Virus record (IMG/VR): IMGVR_UViG_3300046522_000747
Length of the DNA stretch: 64,000 nucleotides
Source: an uncultured virus (IMG/VR IMGVR_UViG_3300046522_000747)
Taxonomy: Duplodnaviria > Heunggongvirae > Uroviricota > Caudoviricetes
Strand: one strand, 5' to 3'
Shown: positions 58,506-64,000 of the stretch, in pieces
Layout: each line of letters opens with the position of its first letter
Numbering within the stretch: the first letter of the stretch is position 1
Program-made: the position numbers and the translations under genes
The notes under the pieces: generated by a model
Databases searched by the model: none
What the model saw: the letters and a program-made list of their open reading frames with translations, nothing else
Told to the model about the DNA's origin: nothing

Positions 58506-60044
58506 ATGCACTCTCTCGATCAGGTCGATGTAAAGTCGATAACTCAGCGATTATTCGCCTTTTCAAAGAAAAATAAATTCAACATTCAGGTGTACAACCT
58601 CGCACAGGCCCAGGCATTGGTTGCAGAAGTCCTTGGTCTTTCCAGTGAGGAAGGTGTTTACGATGAAACCTTGGAGACCGAGGTTGATGCATTGGTGGAA
58701 ACCGCAAGGGCTGGTGGTTACACAGTGCTTCGAGAATATGATGAGAAGTCCAAAAAACTTGCCTATTTGGAGATCGTGGCGAGTGGTGCCACACGGTCGA
58801 TCAAGAAGGTGGTGGCGGTGCCACATGAAGAACTTCGTAACCGACTGGATTCAATCGAGCCCTTTGAGGCTGGGCGCTTGTCGCCTACTCTCGCGGTGTA
58901 TAAAGATCAGCGCATAGCGCTGGGTCACGTCCATAGTCGCAATCCCTTGCGCAGACGTGAGCCCGTGTTTGGGATGGGTAAGCGACTCATTGTATCCCTG
59001 GGCGATGCAGGCCTTGGGCACCTACAGCGTGCGCAGAACATCATTGGTCAGGCAGCAAGTGCTGGTTGGGCGGTCGCGGCATATGATTTTTTGCCAGAGA
59101 AGGAAGACTTTCTGGGAGCTATGAAGCGCACGGTGGATTCGGCTCGCCGCAGTTCTGACATGTTGGTTCAGGCTAACCCGCTGCACGATGGGCTGGACTT
59201 CAATATGGGTTCGGTGACATTCATCGACAGCCTGCTGACGAAAGAAGATTGGCATAAGGTGGTGTTTGGTTCAGACCCAGGGATGATCCACTTTGCAGAG
59301 ATGCTATCGGTGATCGCCGACTTTCAGCGCCACTGTTATCCAAGAATCAGTAGTCAGGCGAGCTGGCTGAAGACCTACTCGAACCTTGATCATGTAATGT
59401 CGCTGCTGGAAGAGCCGAAGGCAGCTATGTATGCACTACTCATCAAAGATGCCCTCTTAAACGTGCTGTCGGTCGAGAGCAGTGACAAGATTACATTGGA
59501 GCAGGCTGACTTCTATGTTCGCGCCTGGAGCAAATGGGTCAATCCTTTTGTTGAAATGGCCTGCGAACATCAGGAGAAATCTTCCAAGCACAACCTCGCT
59601 GTGCAAGAGGTCGTTTACACCAGAAGGATCTCCTATGCGGCAGTGAGTCTTGAAGAGAGCAGCAAGCATGATTTATACAATCGAGCCTATTACCAGCATT
59701 TGAAGTATCAGGTGGGTATGCTGGGGCAAGCGGAAGCCCAAACGCTGGTTGTCCTTCGCGTTAGCGGTATGGGCATGCAAAACGCAGTGGTTATTGAGAT
59801 GACTCGCGTCTTTAGCGCCAAGGGCTATCAGGTGCTGCTGGTTATTGATGGGCAAACCCAGAAGGCTGCGATGATCGCGCAACGACTTGCGTTGGCTGGG
59901 CGTGCGGATTGCCTCTGGCATATCTGCCACATCAAAGAAAGCGCTGCCATGCCGACTAACTTGAGTAAGGCAACGGCTGGACAATGCCTTTTTGTAAACA
60001 AAGAGCAGATGAAGGAGCCGTTGATGCTTCTGCCCTCTGCGTGA
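58506..60044 (+). CDS. hypothetical protein, possibly a degenerate P-loop/coupling-protein fold
   Basis: LIVSLGDAGLGH followed by a helix and AVAAYD strand; no Walker A lysine. Confidence 0.55.
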   Translation: MHSLDQVDVKSITQRLFAFSKKNKFNIQVYNLAQAQALVAEVLGLSSEEGVYDETLETEVDALVETARAGGYTVLREYDEKSKKLAYLEIVASGATRSIKKVVAVPHEELRNRLDSIEPFEAGRLSPTLAVYKDQRIALGHVHSRNPLRRREPVFGMGKRLIVSLGDAGLGHLQRAQNIIGQAASAGWAVAAYDFLPEKEDFLGAMKRTVDSARRSSDMLVQANPLHDGLDFNMGSVTFIDSLLTKEDWHKVVFGSDPGMIHFAEMLSVIADFQRHCYPRISSQASWLKTYSNLDHVMSLLEEPKAAMYALLIKDALLNVLSVESSDKITLEQADFYVRAWSKWVNPFVEMACEHQEKSSKHNLAVQEVVYTRRISYAAVSLEESSKHDLYNRAYYQHLKYQVGMLGQAEAQTLVVLRVSGMGMQNAVVIEMTRVFSAKGYQVLLVIDGQTQKAAMIAQRLALAGRADCLWHICHIKESAAMPTNLSKATAGQCLFVNKEQMKEPLMLLPSA

Positions 60045-60071
60045 ACATCATGTGTGGCCAGGGAGGTCACA

Positions 60072-60356
60072 TCAGTCATCAAGCTCGATTTCGGCGTTGC
60101 AGTAAGGGCAAAACCCATCGTTTTCACTGCGCTGCATTAGCGTCATGTCCTTCTTACAGCTCCAACAGGCCAATTCTGCTGAGGAGCCATTGCTATCTTT
60201 TTTGCAGTTCAAGCAATGCATGTGTTGAAGTGTTTCTTCAAATTCAGCCAGTTCGTGCTGCTCTTTCTGAAAGACTTGTTCCCGTTTGCAGTGTTCACAG
60301 GTGGTCTCGATATTAATTTTGCTGAATGTGATTTGGTGAGTTTCTGATATCTTCAT
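60072..60356 (-). CDS. Zn-finger small protein
   Basis: Four CxxC pairs. Confidence 0.6.
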   Translation of the reverse strand: MKISETHQITFSKINIETTCEHCKREQVFQKEQHELAEFEETLQHMHCLNCKKDSNGSSAELACWSCKKDMTLMQRSENDGFCPYCNAEIELDD

Positions 60357-60934
60357 GCGAATTCCATGTTTTTTGTATCGGCGATCATTGAAAGGTACGC
60401 AATGATCCCGATGGAAATGAGGTTGTTCATGTCGAGGTTGAGCAGGTGTTTGTAGATATCTGTCAGGATTACATAGGTAGCCACGATGATCGTGAATTCC
60501 GCTAGCATTCGGTGCTTTTGATGGGGCAGTTGTGTATGGCATCGGTTCGACAGCAGTGTGATTACCAAAAACAATGAGCTGCATATTGGAATTGGTGTTG
60601 GCCAAAACCACTCAAAAGAATTGGAGGTGAAGACGGTCAGCGAGAATCCCACGGCGCCAATGCCAGATGCCAGCAGAAGATTCATGCTATAGGCCAGCAG
60701 GCTTTTGGGGGAAGAAATGGGTAGACCAATCGCTATGACCTTCCCGAGAATCCCTGCGATCAGTATGAAAACCCCCATACTGATCGTCAGTTTAAGGAAC
60801 TGGGCAGTAAGTGATTCGAACATGTCAAACTTGATGACAGTGTTTGCCAAAGTCACGCAGCATGCCATGCCTAGAATCAGCACAGCCGCCCTCTTCACTT
60901 CGGTGCGTGTCGTGCCTTGCCTGCTTTGAATCAT
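60353..60934 (-). CDS. membrane protein
   Basis: Several TM segments; coupled start and stop. Confidence 0.65.
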   Translation of the reverse strand: MIQSRQGTTRTEVKRAAVLILGMACCVTLANTVIKFDMFESLTAQFLKLTISMGVFILIAGILGKVIAIGLPISSPKSLLAYSMNLLLASGIGAVGFSLTVFTSNSFEWFWPTPIPICSSLFLVITLLSNRCHTQLPHQKHRMLAEFTIIVATYVILTDIYKHLLNLDMNNLISIGIIAYLSMIADTKNMEFA

Positions 60935-61605
60935 GCGATGGACAGCTTCCTGAGGGACGACAGCGCCTCTTTTGTCTTAATGGCGAGCATCAGCAGGACG
61001 AACGAGATTGTGGCGATAAAGATCGTCAATTGCCACTCGTTGGTTTTGCTGACAATGACGGCCAAAAAGCCGATGCCAAAAACGACTGCTGCAAGAATCG
61101 TCGTTACTTTCATATCAAAATCATAGGACTCAGCCGCACACACTGTTTCCATCGCGATGCAAAGGATCACACCCTTAATCAGCGAAAGCACCAGGAATAG
61201 GTAGAGCCCCATTGGCCATGACTGAATGTCATTGATCGCGAGCAAAGACTGATTTTCATTGATTACGGTGAATGTGAACGCAGCAATCAAGCAGGGCAAA
61301 AAAAGGTTCTTGATCGACTTGTTCTGAGGCAGGGCATGGCTGACCTGAAGCAGGTACTTGTCGCCATCCGCGTAGCTGTAAACACCGAACATCACGCCAA
61401 GAATGGCGGCGATGAGAAAATAGGAGGGACTTCCGTGTCCAGTCAGTGCTTCTATACAAAAGTACGAGAAGCCTACGCATGCTACGGATTTTGCCAGTAC
61501 CACCAGCAGAAATCGCAATGGCCAGCTGATGGCCTTGAGCACGCTATTGTTCATTCTCAGCTCGCTTTGGCGATAGCGATGGTTTCTGGGTTTGGCGTGC
61601 CCCAA
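60931..61605 (-). CDS. membrane protein (likely start MNNSVL)
   Basis: Several TM segments. Confidence 0.65.
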   Translation of the reverse strand: MGHAKPRNHRYRQSELRMNNSVLKAISWPLRFLLVVLAKSVACVGFSYFCIEALTGHGSPSYFLIAAILGVMFGVYSYADGDKYLLQVSHALPQNKSIKNLFLPCLIAAFTFTVINENQSLLAINDIQSWPMGLYLFLVLSLIKGVILCIAMETVCAAESYDFDMKVTTILAAVVFGIGFLAVIVSKTNEWQLTIFIATISFVLLMLAIKTKEALSSLRKLSIA

Positions 61606-61997
61606 GTCATTGGGCTTACGAAAAAGCCTTTTTGCAGCAGTTCTTCTTCGTCTTTACCGTAACCTTGAGCTTTGGCGTCGCGCAGCAATTCTTCTTTCGA
61701 GGCAGCAACCATGATTGGAAGGTTGATTTTGACATCGACGAGGCCCATGGCGCGGCAGACGATGCCTTCAACGATGAACAGATCCAGTTGCAGGCCGTAC
61801 AGTTCACTGAGTTCCATCAGGCGTTCGATTGGGAACTTTTGATTGCCACGCTCGAAGTTTGCAATGCTGGCGCGGGTTACGTTCAGCAGTTCCGATGCAG
61901 TTTGCTGACTGATGTTTTTGCTGTTCCGAGCAGCGGCGAAGACGCGGCCTAGGTGTTTCCAGTCAATGTTCGATTTGGTGGTGGTTGGCGTACTCAT
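61557..61997 (-). CDS. XRE-family HTH transcriptional regulator
   Basis: RNSKNISQQTASELLNVTRASIANFERG; GAGGA SD. Confidence 0.85.
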   Translation of the reverse strand: MSTPTTTKSNIDWKHLGRVFAAARNSKNISQQTASELLNVTRASIANFERGNQKFPIERLMELSELYGLQLDLFIVEGIVCRAMGLVDVKINLPIMVAASKEELLRDAKAQGYGKDEEELLQKGFFVSPMTWGTPNPETIAIAKAS

Positions 61998-62103
61998 GGG
62001 ATGTTCCTCGTATAACGGTTCTCGCATAAAGACTTGTCTAAATGCTCTTACTTCCAAATATATCCTTCTTCTCGGAAATTGTCAATGCTATTTTACGTTT
62101 ATC

Positions 62104-63090
62104 CTATAAAAAAGTTTTCCATTCCACAGAACCTAGGGCTAAAAGCAGGAAAATGAGGATGGATGAGCACAGGAACTCCATTGATTTATCTGGAATTTTG
62201 TACATGTCAATGCATTTGTCCCCTTCCACCATGGTTTCCGTAATCGACGAAATGAACAAGTTAGAGTCTGGGGTTCCGAACAGGTACTGACTATTGTGCT
62301 GATTCTCAATTGTGTCAAATCCTATAAGGCCAATTCCAGCCACATTCAGAATCTTGTTTCCGGACAGGCTCAGAGGAACAGCGCCTCTATCCCAGGCGGT
62401 GAGAAGCCCTCGGCGTTCGAGCCTGCCTGCGAAGGTGTCTACGTCCCAAGTAGAAAGATCTTTTGCGATACTGAGACTGAATTTACCGGGTATTGAAATC
62501 ATGTTTCCAGTTAAATATAATGGATCGTTTTCGGTGATAATGCTTTCAAGCAGCCTGATATCTCCCGATGGGCCGTCTATTCCGCCGCTCTTCAGGAGAT
62601 CACGGTTTTTCTCGTAGGTGCTTGCGGTCAATTCTAGAGACACGCATTTTATTGTTTCTGAAATGATTTTTGTTCGTTTGTCCTGGCAGACCATGGCTGT
62701 CCCGGATTTATCTCGAACAAAGAACGGATTGTCTGAGTGGAAAATACGAAGTGTATGGTTGGAGCTGAAGGAAACTGCCTTCACCTCCCAGAAGATGCAG
62801 GGGCGTTGTGTGATGGGGGATAAAAGGGTTTTGCCTTTGATGCCAATGGCCTCCCCCTCTATTTCGACAAAGCCCTTCTGCTTGTCGGTGATCAGAGATC
62901 TCGGAATGGCTTCCATGGAGGATGCAAGGGCAGAAAGTGCTTTAAGATTATTCCAGTACTTAAATCCAGAAATGAGCAGAGCTGTAATCACCAGCTGAAT
63001 ACAGCCCACGAGAATTAGATGATCTTTAACTAGCCATTCTGCTGTCATGATGTTCAGTACCAAGGTTATGCGTTCGACGGAAGTTTCCAA
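62104..63090 (-). CDS. GIDE-domain-like membrane protein
   Basis: GFVEIEG...LLSPITQRPC...PFFVRDKSG; flanking TM segments. Confidence 0.6.
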   Translation of the reverse strand: METSVERITLVLNIMTAEWLVKDHLILVGCIQLVITALLISGFKYWNNLKALSALASSMEAIPRSLITDKQKGFVEIEGEAIGIKGKTLLSPITQRPCIFWEVKAVSFSSNHTLRIFHSDNPFFVRDKSGTAMVCQDKRTKIISETIKCVSLELTASTYEKNRDLLKSGGIDGPSGDIRLLESIITENDPLYLTGNMISIPGKFSLSIAKDLSTWDVDTFAGRLERRGLLTAWDRGAVPLSLSGNKILNVAGIGLIGFDTIENQHNSQYLFGTPDSNLFISSITETMVEGDKCIDMYKIPDKSMEFLCSSILIFLLLALGSVEWKTFL

Positions 63091-63418
63091 TCATGTTGTT
63101 AACCATGGCGTTCAGTGCAAGCAAGTTCTCGGAAAAATTTTCAAAGGTCAGGTCGTGACGAACCACTTCAATATTCATGGCACCATCGATCTTGACGTGA
63201 ACCTCAAAGCATATGGGCTCCACTTCGTTGATTTCACAAGGCGATACTTGTGCGTCGATGACATAAATTTGTAGTGAATCACAGTGCTCGTTGATCTGCT
63301 TTTCCCAAACGCATGAGCGCTTTCCGAAGCCGCCTTCCGTGTATCCGAATCCTGCCTTAATAAGATTCAAGCACACGGTTTGTGTGGCTTGAAAGGCCGA
63401 AATCTTGTGGTTGTCCAT
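63026..63418 (-). CDS. hypothetical protein
   Basis: AGGAG SD. Confidence 0.65.
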   Translation of the reverse strand: MDNHKISAFQATQTVCLNLIKAGFGYTEGGFGKRSCVWEKQINEHCDSLQIYVIDAQVSPCEINEVEPICFEVHVKIDGAMNIEVVRHDLTFENFSENLLALNAMVNNMIGNFRRTHNLGTEHHDSRMAS

Positions 63419-63686
63419 AATTGTAACTCCTATTATTTTACTATTTTTTTGAATAAAAAAACCGCCTCTCGGGCGGTTATTGAATATTTCCGCCGTTTAA
63501 AGAGTTGTATACGCCTGAGAAAATAGAGAAAAGCCAATGATTGACTGGTCTACTTTGTCTGACGCTGAAGTTTCTTTAATTAGCGAAAACATGAAAATCA
63601 CCAAGGTGAAAGGCCTGGGTTTGCTCCAGAGCCTTTAATATTGAATCAAGCGAGCATATTAACCAAAATAATATCTTATGTCAAAG

Positions 63687-64000
63687 CTATTTGTTTTTCT
63701 TGTAAACAAAATTGAGTCCTTTATCCATCGCTGTGGGGTTATTCACAAAAGTCATGTAGACGCTACTACCCTGTGTGAATGCAAAATCTTCCGCACGCGC
63801 TCCCTTTTTTCCTCCGAAAATACTGGTTTCCGTTGTATAGGACGGATCAAATCGGTTCCACAAAGTTCCATAAGCTCCGGTTTGTTTAAGCAGGCTTTGG
63901 GAGATCAGTGTGTGCTGTGTGATGAGGGGGTCATCTTGCGTCATAATTTGTACCAAGTCCTTCAGGGACAGGTCACAATTGATGTTTGCTGTGATGATGC
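63687..64000 (-). CDS. 3' part of a gene entering from beyond the window
   Basis: Frame appears open towards the window end. Confidence 0.45.
   Translation of the reverse strand, partial: IITANINCDLSLKDLVQIMTQDDPLITQHTLISQSLLKQTGAYGTLWNRFDPSYTTETSIFGGKKGARAEDFAFTQGSSVYMTFVNNPTAMDKGLNFVYKKNK

Noticed and set aside
1..64000. CRISPR array, IS or integrase, replication origin, virion genes
   Set aside because: No spaced repeats, transposase or integrase motifs, iterons or structural genes were recognised.

Overview
Gene-dense accessory DNA, most likely from a large Gammaproteobacterial (Pseudomonas-like) plasmid, phage-plasmid or jumbo-phage-like element. The host and element type are inferred: there are no core chromosomal operons, no virion or rep genes, many hypothetical proteins, many tandem paralogs and many near-consensus sigma70 promoters. 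It carries a notable translation and RNA-maintenance toolkit: TilS, SmpB, two Pth2-type peptidyl-tRNA hydrolases, an RNA ligase, an RNB exoribonuclease fused to dsRNA-binding domains, an HD-domain protein, an ASCH protein and three tRNAs. It also encodes UvrD and RecD2 helicases, AAA/MoxR-vWA ATPases and an AI-2E transporter. The main finding is at 42041-45232 on the minus strand. A 77-nt tRNA with an 8-nt anticodon loop (UU-GCUA-AC) lies directly upstream of an operon. Two genes of that operon (a Pth2 and an HD-domain protein) each read ATG...TG-TAGC-TCT-T and become continuous ORFs only if UAGC is read as a four-base codon. This is a candidate natural quadruplet-decoding (+1 frameshift) system. 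A second highlight is an unannotated, highly structured ~310-nt RNA with its own promoter and terminator (30890-31204).
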